Shown one piece after another: positions 21,842 to 31,685 of a stretch of DNA of 64,000 nucleotides. The translations under genes were made by a program, and so were the position numbers. Origin of the DNA: Planctomycetota bacterium (lineage in GTDB: Bacteria; Planctomycetota; UBA1135; UBA2386); contig OZ245838.1 of the NCBI GenBank assembly GCA_965228735.1, positions 416,001 to 480,000 on the forward strand, read 5' to 3'. The first letter of the stretch is position 1. Every line of letters starts with the position of its first letter. The notes beneath the pieces are model-generated. The model was not told the origin of the DNA and did not search any database. It saw only the letters and a list, made by a program, of their open reading frames with translations.

Positions 21842-23437
21842 GTGACCCGACACCTCCCCGTGACCTTGGCCGTGCTTGCCGTGGGTCTGCTCTCCGCCTC
21901 GAGTCCACGGGCCCAGGAGCTCACGCCCGGACGCCAGGTCGAGCGGGCGCTCAGCACGTCGGACGGCGGCACGATGCCGTATCTGTTCTACCTGCCCGAG
22001 GGCTACGACCCCGACGGTCCCGCGGTGCCGCTCTTGCTGTTCCTGCACGGGCGCGGCGAGAGCAACGGGCCGCTGTCGCTCGTCGCGAAGTGGGGCCCGC
22101 CGCGACGGCTCGCTGCGGGCGAACCCATGAACTACGTCGTGGTCTCGCCGCAATGCCCGCGCGAGTCGTTCTGGTCCAAGAGCGATCAGCAACAGCGCCT
22201 GCTCGAACTGCTGGACCACGTCGAACGAACGCACAACGTCGACACCGACCGGATCTACCTCACGGGCCTGAGCATGGGCGGCTACGGCAGCTGGCGGCTC
22301 GCGGCGGACCATCCGAACCGGTTCGCCGCCGTGGCGCCCGTCTGCGGCAAGGGCGACCCGCAGGACGCGAGCAAGCTCGTCGATCTGCCGATCTGGGCGT
22401 GGCACGGGACCGAGGATCGGGCGGTGCCGTTCGACGGTTCGGCCAAGATGGTCGAAGCGATCCGAGCGGTCGGCGGCACGAAGGTGCGCTTCACGAGCCT
22501 CGAGCACGTCGGCCACGCGTCATGGCAGGCGGCGTATCAGTCGACCGAGCTCTATCGCTGGTTCGACAGGCAACGCGCGTCGCAGAACCGGCCGGCACGA
22601 TTGCGGGCGCTGATCATCGACGGTCAGAACAACCATCGCTGGCAGGAGACGACGCCGCTGCTGCGCGCGACGCTGGAGAACAGCGGCCGGTTCGCCGTCG
22701 ACGTCGCGACGTCGCCGGGCAGGAAGGAGGAGATCGGCGCGTTCGCGCCGGCGTTCGGCGACTACGACGTCGTGGTCTCCAACTACAACGGCCAGCTGTG
22801 GCCGCCGGCGACGCGCGCCGCGTTCGCGGACTACGTGCGCGGCGGCGGCGGCTTCGTCTCCGTGCATGCGGCCGACAACGCGTTCCCGAACTGGCGCGAC
22901 TAAAACCTGATGATCGGCGTCGGCGGGTGGGGCCGGCGCAACGAACACTCCGGGCCGTACGTGCGTTGGCGCGATGGCAAGATCGTGCGCGACACGGGCC
23001 CGGGCCGAGGCGGTTCGCACGGTCGCCGGCACGAGTTCGCACTCGACGTGCGCGATCCCGGGCATCCGATCATGCAGGGACTGCCCGCGCGCTTCCTGCA
23101 CTGCCAGGACGAGCTCTACGACCGGCTGCGCGGCCCGGCGGAGAACCTGACCGTGCTCGCGACGGCGTTCTCGGACGAGGCGACGGGCGGCAGCGGCGAA
23201 CACGAACCGCTGCTCATGGCGATCGACTTCGGCAAGGGTCGGTGCTTCCACACCGCGCTCGGGCACGACGGCACGGCGATGAAGTGCGTGGCGTTCCAGG
23301 TGACGCTCGTGCGCGGCGCGGAGTGGGCCGCGACCGGCAAGGTGACGACGCCGGTGCCGGCGACGTTCCCGGGCGCCGACGCGGTCGTCGTGCGCGATCC
23401 GCTGGCGCCGGCGGGCCGCGCCACCACCGGCCGGTAG
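21842..23437 (+). pseudogene. Secreted esterase/peptidase + ThuA-domain fusion, broken by in-frame TAA at 22901-22903
   Basis: FLHGRGE, GLSMGG; ThuA-like IIDGQNNH...HAADNAFPNWRD*NLMIG continues in frame to DELY, HTALGH. Confidence 0.8.
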
Positions 23438-23556
23438 CCCGTCATGGCATCCGATCGCGATCGGATCCGGCCGCCCGCGAACCGAATCCGTTGAATACCC
23501 TGGGCGGTCTCACGGGATCCGTGCGCGTGAGCCCGATCTCCGTTCCGCTGCCGCTC

Positions 23557-24060
23557 ATGTCCGCCGCCCTCGACCTCGAGACGCTGGTTTCACGCCATCA
23601 GGTCGGGGTATGGCGCTACCTGCGTGCCCTCGGCGCGCCGGCCGACCTGGCCGAGGACCTGCTGCAGGACGTTTTCCTCGTTGCGTTCCGGCGGCTGACC
23701 GACGACCGCGATGCGGTGGCCGTCGCCGCGTTCTTGCGGCGCACGGCGCGGCACCTTTATCTCCGACGTCGGCGTGATCAAGGCCGCCGCGAGGAGCTGC
23801 TCGTCGAGTTGGCCGATCGCCTCTGGGAGCGCGACTGCGGCGACGACGGCGAGGCTTGGATCCAGGCAGCGCGCGCGTGCGTCGAGCAGCTCGACGGCCG
23901 GCCGCGGCGCGTGGTGGAGCTGTTCTACGGTGAGGGACTCGGTCGTGACGCGATCGCGGCGGCGACGGGCATGCGAAAGAACGGGGTGAAGACACTGCTG
24001 CAGCGGGTGCGAGCCAGGCTGCGCGAGTGCATCGAACGGCGAACCGGAGCGACGCGATGA
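23557..24060 (+). CDS. ECF sigma factor
   Basis: HQVGVWRYL, AEDLLQDVF, NGVKTLLQRVRARLRECIE; ATGA overlap with next gene. Confidence 0.9.
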   Translation: MSAALDLETLVSRHQVGVWRYLRALGAPADLAEDLLQDVFLVAFRRLTDDRDAVAVAAFLRRTARHLYLRRRRDQGRREELLVELADRLWERDCGDDGEAWIQAARACVEQLDGRPRRVVELFYGEGLGRDAIAAATGMRKNGVKTLLQRVRARLRECIERRTGATR

Positions 24061-26432
24061 ACGAAGATCGGCAGCACGACGAGGTCATGGACCGACGACT
24101 CGACTGGGCGCTCGGCGAAGTGGTGGGGGACGAACGCGCGCCCGACGTGACGGCCGCGGTGCTGCGCCGCGCCGCGCGTGACGAGGTCGTCGAGTTCGAA
24201 ATCGTGCGGTCGCCGCGGTCCCGCCGCCTGCTGACGGCAGCGGTCGCGCTGATCGGGCTCGGCGCGGTGGTCGGAGCGTTCCTGTTCGAACGAGAACCAT
24301 CGGGCGGAGCGGCGCAGGTCGTCGCACCGGCGCAGGGCCCCGACGAGCCCGAGTGGACCAAGGTCACCGATCCCGCCGCCATCGAGGGTCTGGCACCCGA
24401 TGTCGCCGCGGTCGAGGTACGCAACTTCGACGATGCGGCGCTCGCGGCCTTGGTCGCGCGTTGCCCGCGCCTGCAGGCGCTGCGGGTGTCGACGAGCGCG
24501 GCGTTCAGGGTGGCGGACGACGCGGCCTCGCCGACCTCGATCACGGACGCCGCACTCGCGGATATCGCGCGATTGACCGAGCTGCGGAGACTCGAGCTCG
24601 TCGGCACGACCGAAGTCGAAGGGGCTGAACTGCAGCGGCTCGATGCGCTGCCGTTGCTCGAAACGCTCGTGCTGTCGTGGTTCGACCTGCCCGGCGAAGC
24701 GTTGCAAGCGCTGGCGCGCTTCCCGTCCCTGCGGGTGCTCGACGTCAGGTTCAACCACACCGTCGGCAAGGCCGGCTGTGAGGCGATCGCACGATGCGCC
24801 GCATTGCGGGAGCTGCACGTCACGACGACGTTCCTCACGCCGGCGGAGATCGCCGTCCTCGGGCGACTGACCGGCCTCGTCGAACTGAGTCTCCAGGGCG
24901 GCTTTCGCGATATCCGTCGCCCTGGGATCGGGCCCCGGGCCCGGCTCGAGTCGCAACTGGGCGCCGCGAAGAACGCCGGCGCGGGCCTGCGGATCGCCGG
25001 CCTGCCGGGCTGGCCGAGGCTGCGCGTTCTGGATCTCCGTCGCAACCGCGACCTCGAACCCGAGGTCGGTGAGGTGCTGCGCACGAAGTGCCCGGAGTTG
25101 CGCGAGGCGCGCCTCGGCAACTGTAGGAAGATCAACGATGTCACGGTCGCCGAACTGGTTGGACTGCGGTGGCTCCACACGCTCGATCTCTCCGAGTGTC
25201 CGAACGTGTCCGAGCACTGCGTGCCGCTGCTGCGCGCGGCCCGGCAGGTTCGCGATCTCCGAGTCGACGGGCAGCGGTGGATGACGCTCGCCATCGCCGA
25301 GCAGCTGATCCTGAGCGGCAAGCGCCCGATCTGTCGGCTCACGCCCGGGACCGAGGCCGGCGACGGAATGTCGGCCGAGGACTTCAACGCGGGCATGAAG
25401 CAGCTGGCGCAGCGGTACGAGCACTTGCTCTCGCAACCAATGGCTCACCTCGTGCAGCGCGTCGAGGATCTCGAGGATCTGCCGGACGACGCACGGTCCG
25501 TCCGAGTCGAGAGGGGCGTCTCGATGGACGAGAGCGCGTTCGCCCGGCTGGCGGAACTGTCGGGCCTCGAACGGCTGTCGCTCAGCCAGGTCGACGACGT
25601 GAGTCGCGATGGCCTCGAGCACCTGACGCGGCTGCCGAAGCTTCAGGCCTTGGAGTTCACACGCATCAACAAAGGGCAGCGAGACCCGGCCGTGATCCGG
25701 TCGCTGCTCGCGCCGCTGCCGCGCATTCCTGCGTTGCAGGAGCTGACGGTGGTCGGAGCGGCCGATCTCGGGGCCGCCAACCGGGCCGCGATCCTGGCGT
25801 GCAAGGGCCTGCGCCACCTCGTCCTCGACAGCTGCCGTGCCATGCCGTCGGCCTGGCTCGCCAGCCTCGGCCAGTTGCGCGACCTCGAGGTCCTTCGCCT
25901 GGTCAACGTGCAGAACGTGAACGACGAGGTCGTGCGGGGCCTGCAGCCGCTGACAGAGCTCCGCGAACTGGTGCTGTGGCGGGCCGATGTCGGGGCCGCC
26001 GCGTTGCAGTCGCTGGCGGGCATGCAGCAGCTGCGCTCCCTGACGCTGTGCGAGAACACCCGACTCGACGAAGCGGCTCTGCAGCAGATCCCGGTGACGA
26101 TCACGGAGCTCGGCCTCATCGGCTGCCCGAAGCTCGACGTCGGCGCCGCGCGATTGCTGCGCGACCGCTTCCCGACCCTCGAGTCGATCTACCTGTCCGA
26201 GAACGCCTGGCTCACCGACGACGCGCTCGCGCTCGTGCTGCAGCTGCCGCGGCTGCGCGCCTTGGACGTGCGCGGCTGCAACGCCCTGACGGCGGACTCG
26301 GCCGCCGCGATCGGCGACGTGGCGACGCTGCGCTCACTCAACGTGTGGGATTGCGACTGGCTGACGCTCGACCTCGTCGAGGCCCTGCGCGCCCGGCGGC
26401 CGGAGTTGGACATCGCGCACGACACGCGATAG
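24057..26432 (+). CDS. Membrane-anchored leucine-rich repeat protein, probable anti-sigma factor
   Basis: Short N-terminal domain, TM helix, many LxxLxxLxL(xxC) repeats. Confidence 0.8.
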   Translation: MNEDRQHDEVMDRRLDWALGEVVGDERAPDVTAAVLRRAARDEVVEFEIVRSPRSRRLLTAAVALIGLGAVVGAFLFEREPSGGAAQVVAPAQGPDEPEWTKVTDPAAIEGLAPDVAAVEVRNFDDAALAALVARCPRLQALRVSTSAAFRVADDAASPTSITDAALADIARLTELRRLELVGTTEVEGAELQRLDALPLLETLVLSWFDLPGEALQALARFPSLRVLDVRFNHTVGKAGCEAIARCAALRELHVTTTFLTPAEIAVLGRLTGLVELSLQGGFRDIRRPGIGPRARLESQLGAAKNAGAGLRIAGLPGWPRLRVLDLRRNRDLEPEVGEVLRTKCPELREARLGNCRKINDVTVAELVGLRWLHTLDLSECPNVSEHCVPLLRAARQVRDLRVDGQRWMTLAIAEQLILSGKRPICRLTPGTEAGDGMSAEDFNAGMKQLAQRYEHLLSQPMAHLVQRVEDLEDLPDDARSVRVERGVSMDESAFARLAELSGLERLSLSQVDDVSRDGLEHLTRLPKLQALEFTRINKGQRDPAVIRSLLAPLPRIPALQELTVVGAADLGAANRAAILACKGLRHLVLDSCRAMPSAWLASLGQLRDLEVLRLVNVQNVNDEVVRGLQPLTELRELVLWRADVGAAALQSLAGMQQLRSLTLCENTRLDEAALQQIPVTITELGLIGCPKLDVGAARLLRDRFPTLESIYLSENAWLTDDALALVLQLPRLRALDVRGCNALTADSAAAIGDVATLRSLNVWDCDWLTLDLVEALRARRPELDIAHDTR

Positions 26433-26558
26433 TTCGAGGTCGTTCCGTCGACTACGACTCGCTCACGACGAGTTCGCGAGCTGACCAAGCGTGCCCCCCG
26501 TGGTTCGGGCGAGACCAGGGTGATGTCGTCGTGCGAACTGTGCGGTCGGAGAGGCGCT

Positions 26559-27137
26559 CTAGCCGAAGCCCGCTTCGGAAAGCGCGCGACGAAGGAGGTC
26601 GGAGACCCTCAGATCATTCGCCCATTGCTCGAGGTAGGCGTGGTCGATCTCGGGGTTCGACTTGAGTACGCCGAGCACATCGCGCCACTGGGTATCTGAG
26701 ACTTCGCCACCTTTACGGAACCACGTGAGCTTCTGAAGGACGATGTCCTCCGCAGTAGTGACCCACAGTCCGAGGCCGGTCTCCGGATCGATGGTCTGTC
26801 GTTGGCGTCTGCGTTGCTGCTCGCGTGCGAACGGTTCATCTCGCATCACGAACACATCGATGCGGTGGTAGCCCTCTTTTCGAACGAGCTGGAAGGCCTC
26901 CCGCCGCATCACCGCTGCCGTGATGAACTGCACGTCGACGAAGAAGTCGCCTTCGAACGCACTCACGAGTCCCTTGACGTCTTCGAGGTTGATCGCTGCG
27001 ACGAAGTCGACGTCGTGCGTCGATCGTGGTTCGCCGTGGATCGAACTCGCCAGTGAGCCGCCGAGCCAGTAGTCGATTCCGAGGCGTTCCAGGCGAGCCG
27101 CGACGTCGAGTGCAGTTGGGACAGGGTCGTCGATCAT
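26559..27137 (-). CDS. Pol-beta-superfamily nucleotidyltransferase-like protein
   Basis: GGSLASSIHGEPRSTHDVDF (GS..DxD), RIDVF, TAEDIVLQKL.W, QWRDV. Confidence 0.8.
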   Translation of the reverse strand: MIDDPVPTALDVAARLERLGIDYWLGGSLASSIHGEPRSTHDVDFVAAINLEDVKGLVSAFEGDFFVDVQFITAAVMRREAFQLVRKEGYHRIDVFVMRDEPFAREQQRRRQRQTIDPETGLGLWVTTAEDIVLQKLTWFRKGGEVSDTQWRDVLGVLKSNPEIDHAYLEQWANDLRVSDLLRRALSEAGFG

Positions 27138-27397
27138 TCGGCGGGATCACTCTCCGCACCGAACACCCGGACCTGCATGTCCGGATCCAACCAGAAGGCC
27201 GCGAGGCGACGATGAATCTCGCTATCGGGTGCGCCGGGGTGACGGTTGCGCAGGCCTGCCACCGCAAACCGTCGGGTCGTCCGGATCAACTCCCTGACTT
27301 GCCGGATCTTCTCCGCGGGAGACATGCGCCGCCATCCTTCCACCACGAGCGCCTCTATCTGTGGTGCGACGTCCGCGGATTGCGTGCGATAGGTCAT
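27134..27397 (-). CDS. Small basic helical protein coupled to the nucleotidyltransferase
   Basis: 87 aa; 'WRRMSPAEK...AGLR.RHP...EI.RRLA'; ATGA overlap. Confidence 0.72.
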   Translation of the reverse strand: MTYRTQSADVAPQIEALVVEGWRRMSPAEKIRQVRELIRTTRRFAVAGLRNRHPGAPDSEIHRRLAAFWLDPDMQVRVFGAESDPAE

Positions 27398-27482
27398 CGC
27401 TGTGCATGGTAGCACACGGACTCGGTTTGCATGCGCAAGTACGCGGTCGTGCCTGGTCGTCGCTCGCAGGACGGCCGGCCGA

Positions 27483-28499
27483 TCATGACGTCGGCCGGGT
27501 GCGCGTCGCACCACTGCGGGTGCCCGCCATGTCCTTCACCGAGAACGACAGCGTGTACAGCAGGTCGTTCGGCAACGGGACCGGCTGCACGAGCGTGAAG
27601 CCGAGCGCGTCGGCCTGCTGCACCTGCATCGAGCCGAGCAGCGCGCTGATCGGGATCGGCAGACCGACGATCGCGGCTCGCAACGTGCTCGCATCGATGT
27701 CCTGCCAGCCGTCGGGGTCCTCGAAGCGCAGCGTCGCGGTGCCGTCGGTCGCGATCGAGATCGTGACGCTCGGGCCGTTGGGAGCGACGTTCCCCAGTTG
27801 GTGGATCGCGGTGACCGCGTCGACGTCGGCGCTGCCCGAGCCCGGGTCGAAGATCGGTGACCCGTTGCTGTCCAACGATTGCCCGCTGACGACGTCGACG
27901 AGCCGGACCTGCACGATCGACTGCAGGTCGACGAGGCTCTGCACGACGAGTGGGTCACCGTTCAGGTCGGCGAGGTCGAACGCGTCACCACCCGCCTCGA
28001 CGACGTCGCGCGGATCGGCCCCCGCCGTCGTGGCGAGCACGGGCGACTGGCCCGCCAAACCGGAGTAGCTGCCGATCGGGACCGTGCCGAACGGTCCCGG
28101 CTGACTCGCCGGGCCGTAGTAACGCGACGGGAAGCGCGCGAAGTGCACGCCGTCGCTGCTGACCTCGACGAACATCACTTCGGCGAAGGTCTGCAGCGGG
28201 TTCGATGACAGCCGAAACGGGTTCTCGCTGACGATCAGGTCGGCACCGGGGCCATCGACGATCGCGGTCGAGAACCCGAGCGTGAGGTCGCCGGCGATGC
28301 CCAGCGAATGCACATCGGTGCTCCCGCCGGGCGCCCCGAGCGCGTTCGTCGGCGCGAAGATCCCGCCGCCGGCACCGCCGTTGGTATTGGACGCGATGAC
28401 CTGCGCGGCGAAGACGCCGACTTGAGCTGTGAGAGCGGCGGAGACGGTCAGCGCACCCGCGAGGGTACGGACCACGAGAGTCGAGCAGATGGGGTTCAC
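27483..28499 (-). CDS. Secreted cell-surface protein, probable cobalamin-binding
   Basis: Signal peptide; DVHSLG, IVDGPGADLIVSENPF, VEVSSDG, AGGDAFDLAD, DVDAV; directly under a B12 riboswitch. Confidence 0.72.
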   Translation of the reverse strand: MNPICSTLVVRTLAGALTVSAALTAQVGVFAAQVIASNTNGGAGGGIFAPTNALGAPGGSTDVHSLGIAGDLTLGFSTAIVDGPGADLIVSENPFRLSSNPLQTFAEVMFVEVSSDGVHFARFPSRYYGPASQPGPFGTVPIGSYSGLAGQSPVLATTAGADPRDVVEAGGDAFDLADLNGDPLVVQSLVDLQSIVQVRLVDVVSGQSLDSNGSPIFDPGSGSADVDAVTAIHQLGNVAPNGPSVTISIATDGTATLRFEDPDGWQDIDASTLRAAIVGLPIPISALLGSMQVQQADALGFTLVQPVPLPNDLLYTLSFSVKDMAGTRSGATRTRPTS

Positions 28500-28561
28500 G
28501 GCAGCAGGCGTCACTCGCGCCTCCGGTGAGGTTTGAAGAACGACGCCCTCTCGGCGCCGGC

Positions 28562-28755
28562 TCCAGCAGATCTTCTGACTTCCGAGTCGTCCTACCGGCG
28601 ACCCCTTCCCAGCGGCACTACGCGCGCCGCCAGTGGTCATGGTCGCTTTCGTCTTCGGTCACAGCTGCGGGACAGCGCCGGATTCACACCGGACTTCACC
28701 GCTTGGAGCGCGGACGGATGTAGCGGGTTCAGGTCCCTCGTGCAACTGCTGTTCG
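28562..28755 (-). ncRNA. Cobalamin riboswitch
   Basis: Minus strand: CCGGTGTGAATCCGGCGCTGTCCCGCAGCTGT, CCACTG, GGGAAGG, B12-box AGTCAGAAGATCTGC; P1 pairing CAGCAG (28751-28746) with CTGCTG (28569-28564). Confidence 0.9.
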
Positions 28756-28878
28756 AAGCAGCTGACGTGAAGCGCCGTCGATGGGGATGCCGGTCCCGTG
28801 CCGGCGAACCGTTTGGGATCGGCCTCGCTCGACAAACCTCGGTGTAACCACGCGGCCCGCGCGAACCACGGACTGGTG

Positions 28879-30180
28879 ATGGGCTACTGCGACGACGCAC
28901 CGATCCTGCGGCTGGAGCGCGGCGAGTTCTCGATCGAGCATTGGCCGGCCGAGCTCCGCGTTCCGTTCGGCTTGAGGCGACGCGGCGACCGGCTCATCGG
29001 TCCGGCGCGGATGCGGGCGCGGGCCCGGTTGACGTTGCAGGACGCCGGTGTCCTGTTCTTCGACAAGACGGGGATCCGGCCCGGCTCGGGCGGGTTGGAC
29101 GAGCCGTCGGATCCGTTCGGTGGCGGCGTGCTGCTGACGGCGCTCGCGTTGGCCGACAATCGCGGCCTCGTGCAGGGTCTTGCCGAGGAACGGCGCTACG
29201 AACTGGTCGACGAACTCGTTCGGGGTTGGCGGCGGAACGGTCTGGTCCTGACTCGCGACTCGGCCGCGTCGATACGCTGGCGCGAACGGATGGCCGCAGC
29301 GGGTCTGGCGCGTGCGGTCGTCGTCGAATCGATCGGGACGCGTGATGTGATGGCCGCCGTCCGGGCGTTCGATCTGCTCATCGTGGATGGCGTCGAGCAC
29401 GTGCCGCGGACGCGCCTCTTGGCGGTTCTGGACGGCTCGCCGGCGCTCGGTCGGCTGGGGTTTCTCGATCGCCTCGATACCCGGTTGGCGGAGCAGCTGG
29501 CGCCCGGCTTGGGGTCGGTGTTGCACTGCTCCGAGCGGGTAGTGGAGCGCGCGCATCGCGAGCTGAGAGTGCCGTTGCCGGACGACGTGCGCGAGGCCTA
29601 TGACAAGGCCTGGCACACGTTCTTCGCCGCATTCGATCGCTTCGCTTATCGGCGGCCGGACGCTGGGTTCGGCGCGTTCATCGCGGAGGCGCGTCGGGAG
29701 CCGGGTTGGCGGCCGGCGCTGACGGCGTGGCACCGCGCCAACCAGATCGCCGGTTGGCATCAGAACAAGCTCGAGCTGATCGGCGACCTGGCGAGCGAGT
29801 ACGGCGATCGCCGGCTGCTCGTGTTCACGCCGACCCGTCAGGCCGCGTACGACCTGGCGCAGGCGTTCTTGCTGCCCGCCGTGACCGCCGAGATTCCGTT
29901 GCACGAACGCCGAGATCTGATCGCGGGTTTCGCCGCTGGCGATTACCCGGCGTTGGTCGGACCGCGGCTGCTCGACCTCGGCGTGTCCGAGGGGGCGGCC
30001 GACGTGGCAATCCTTGCCGGTGGTACGGCCGGTGCGAGCCAGCGCGGCGCGCGCGCGAGCCGCGTTCGAAGCGGTGGCGAGATCGTGCAACTCGCGAGTC
30101 TCGATACTCTGGAGGTGGGCCGTGCCCAGCGTTGGCGTACCGACGATCGCGCCGCACCGGATACCGTTGACGCAGGTTGA
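28879..30180 (+). CDS. Degenerate XPB/Rad25-like SF2 helicase homologue
   Basis: C-terminal half resembles Rad25-type helicases (LLVFT, FLLPAVT..IP..ERR.LI..F..G.Y; LLDLGV); no Walker A; DExH reads DGVEH; upstream of DUF790. Confidence 0.68.
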   Translation: MGYCDDAPILRLERGEFSIEHWPAELRVPFGLRRRGDRLIGPARMRARARLTLQDAGVLFFDKTGIRPGSGGLDEPSDPFGGGVLLTALALADNRGLVQGLAEERRYELVDELVRGWRRNGLVLTRDSAASIRWRERMAAAGLARAVVVESIGTRDVMAAVRAFDLLIVDGVEHVPRTRLLAVLDGSPALGRLGFLDRLDTRLAEQLAPGLGSVLHCSERVVERAHRELRVPLPDDVREAYDKAWHTFFAAFDRFAYRRPDAGFGAFIAEARREPGWRPALTAWHRANQIAGWHQNKLELIGDLASEYGDRRLLVFTPTRQAAYDLAQAFLLPAVTAEIPLHERRDLIAGFAAGDYPALVGPRLLDLGVSEGAADVAILAGGTAGASQRGARASRVRSGGEIVQLASLDTLEVGRAQRWRTDDRAAPDTVDAG

Positions 30181-31228
30181 CGGCGAGATCGTGCCGAGCT
30201 GGCTCGGGGATCGCGATCGACCGTGGTTGCGTGATCTCATCGAGGCCGCTGCCGGCTACGTCGGGCGGCGGGTGCACGAATGGATTCGTCGTTGCCGCGA
30301 CTCGGACATCGACCCGCGGGCCGGTGGCCGTCAGGCCGTGGCGCTGCACGTGCTGGAGCACTGGTTACGGCGTTCGGCGGCGGCGCCGGCACGTTCGGCG
30401 CTGCGGCTGCAGCTGTACCGGGCGCGGTCGGGCGGTGCTGGAGGCGCCGCGGGGGGAGCTGCCGTCGCTGGTGCCACCGACCGGGATTCGATGTTCGACG
30501 ACGTGCCGCTGCGCCGCGCGATCCGTTGGCCCGACCCGGCGCCGGAACCGACTCGGCTGGCCCATGTCGCCAACACGACGATGGCGCAGAGCCTCCTGCG
30601 GCACGCCTCGTCGGTGGTGCTGGGGGTCTTTGGCGCGTCGCACGCGGTGCTTCGCACGGCCTGGCTGCACGGCGCCAGGCTGGAACCGGTGGCCGGCAAC
30701 GCGGGGGCGCTGCAGGCCCGCTGGCGGCGTTCGACGACCAGCGAGCCGTTCCGCACGATGGCCGCGATCGTGCCGCTGTTGCCGTGGATGCGGCGCTACC
30801 GCCTGGTCGCCGAGTGCGACCTCGGCACCCGGCGCGGTTCGTTCGTGCTGACGACCGGCGATCCGCTGCAGCCGGGCGACGAACCGCGACGCTTCGACAG
30901 CCGGCTCGAACGACGGTTCGCGGACGATCTGCTGCGGCTGGCTCCCGACTGTCGACTAGTGCGCGAGCCGGTGCCGGTGCTGACGTCACGCGGCCTGGCG
31001 TTCCCCGACTTCGCCCTGGTCCGGCCGGGTCGCCCGACCTGGCTGTGCGAGGTCGCCGGCCTGCGCGATCGCACCGCGCTGCCGGCCAAGCTGGCGCTGC
31101 TCGACCATCCACGACTGGTCTTGTGCCTGCCCGAGCGCGCGGTGCCGGCGGAGCGGCGAGGCCATCCGCGGGTGGTGCCGTTCCGGCGGTCGGTGGATGT
31201 CGCCGCGGTGCTGTCGGTGGTGGGGTGA
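30122..31228 (+). CDS. DUF790 / Bax1-like PD-(D/E)xK nuclease
   Basis: RRFDSRLERRF, REPVPV, AFPDF, LCEVAG, K; start uncertain. Confidence 0.75.
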   Translation: MPSVGVPTIAPHRIPLTQVDGEIVPSWLGDRDRPWLRDLIEAAAGYVGRRVHEWIRRCRDSDIDPRAGGRQAVALHVLEHWLRRSAAAPARSALRLQLYRARSGGAGGAAGGAAVAGATDRDSMFDDVPLRRAIRWPDPAPEPTRLAHVANTTMAQSLLRHASSVVLGVFGASHAVLRTAWLHGARLEPVAGNAGALQARWRRSTTSEPFRTMAAIVPLLPWMRRYRLVAECDLGTRRGSFVLTTGDPLQPGDEPRRFDSRLERRFADDLLRLAPDCRLVREPVPVLTSRGLAFPDFALVRPGRPTWLCEVAGLRDRTALPAKLALLDHPRLVLCLPERAVPAERRGHPRVVPFRRSVDVAAVLSVVG

Positions 31229-31451
31229 GTCGTCACTCGCCGGCGAACAGCGCCGGTGACAGCAGCAGTACCTACTTCCACCCGACGGCGGCGAAGGCCC
31301 GGCCGGCGCGGGTTGATCCCGATCGCCAGATGGCCGCGAGGTGCGCTCGGGTTGTATGGTCGCAGCAGTTCCGGTCGCTCGCGCGCGGTATGCCTTGCTT
31401 CGAGCGGGGCAAGAACATGCTTCGAACGTGCCAGCGGCGAGTCCCTGCACC

Positions 31452-31685
31452 ATGACGAGACCGATCACTCGTTCCGACACCCTGGCCGACCTCGCCGTCC
31501 GCCTCGCCGCGCGGCCCGAGCAAATCCGCGATCGGATGAGCGAGCGGACGCCGTTGCTCCGGGCCGGTGCAGCGCGGCCGGCGCCATTTCCCGGCCCGGC
31601 TGCGTGCCAGCGTGATCCGAGGGCGCGCGCGGGTCTCGAGAGCGGCGTGCCGTTGCGGCGCGCCTTGCCGACGAATCAACCATGA
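31452..31685 (+). pseudogene. Possible multiply deleted ric/ytfE (iron-sulfur repair di-iron protein) remnant
   Basis: Colinear patches ITRSDTLADLA, PLLRAG, PAAC, AGLE, RAL resemble Ric; metal ligands absent. Confidence 0.4.

Noticed and set aside
22901..22903. Stop-codon recoding (Sec/Pyl) at the ThuA break
   Set aside because: The codon is TAA, not TGA or TAG; a point mutation or error is simpler.
22090..23556. 5' part of the 656-aa ORF that appears to extend the ECF sigma
   Set aside because: Off-frame overlap with the esterase-ThuA gene; only 23557-24060 is sigma-like.
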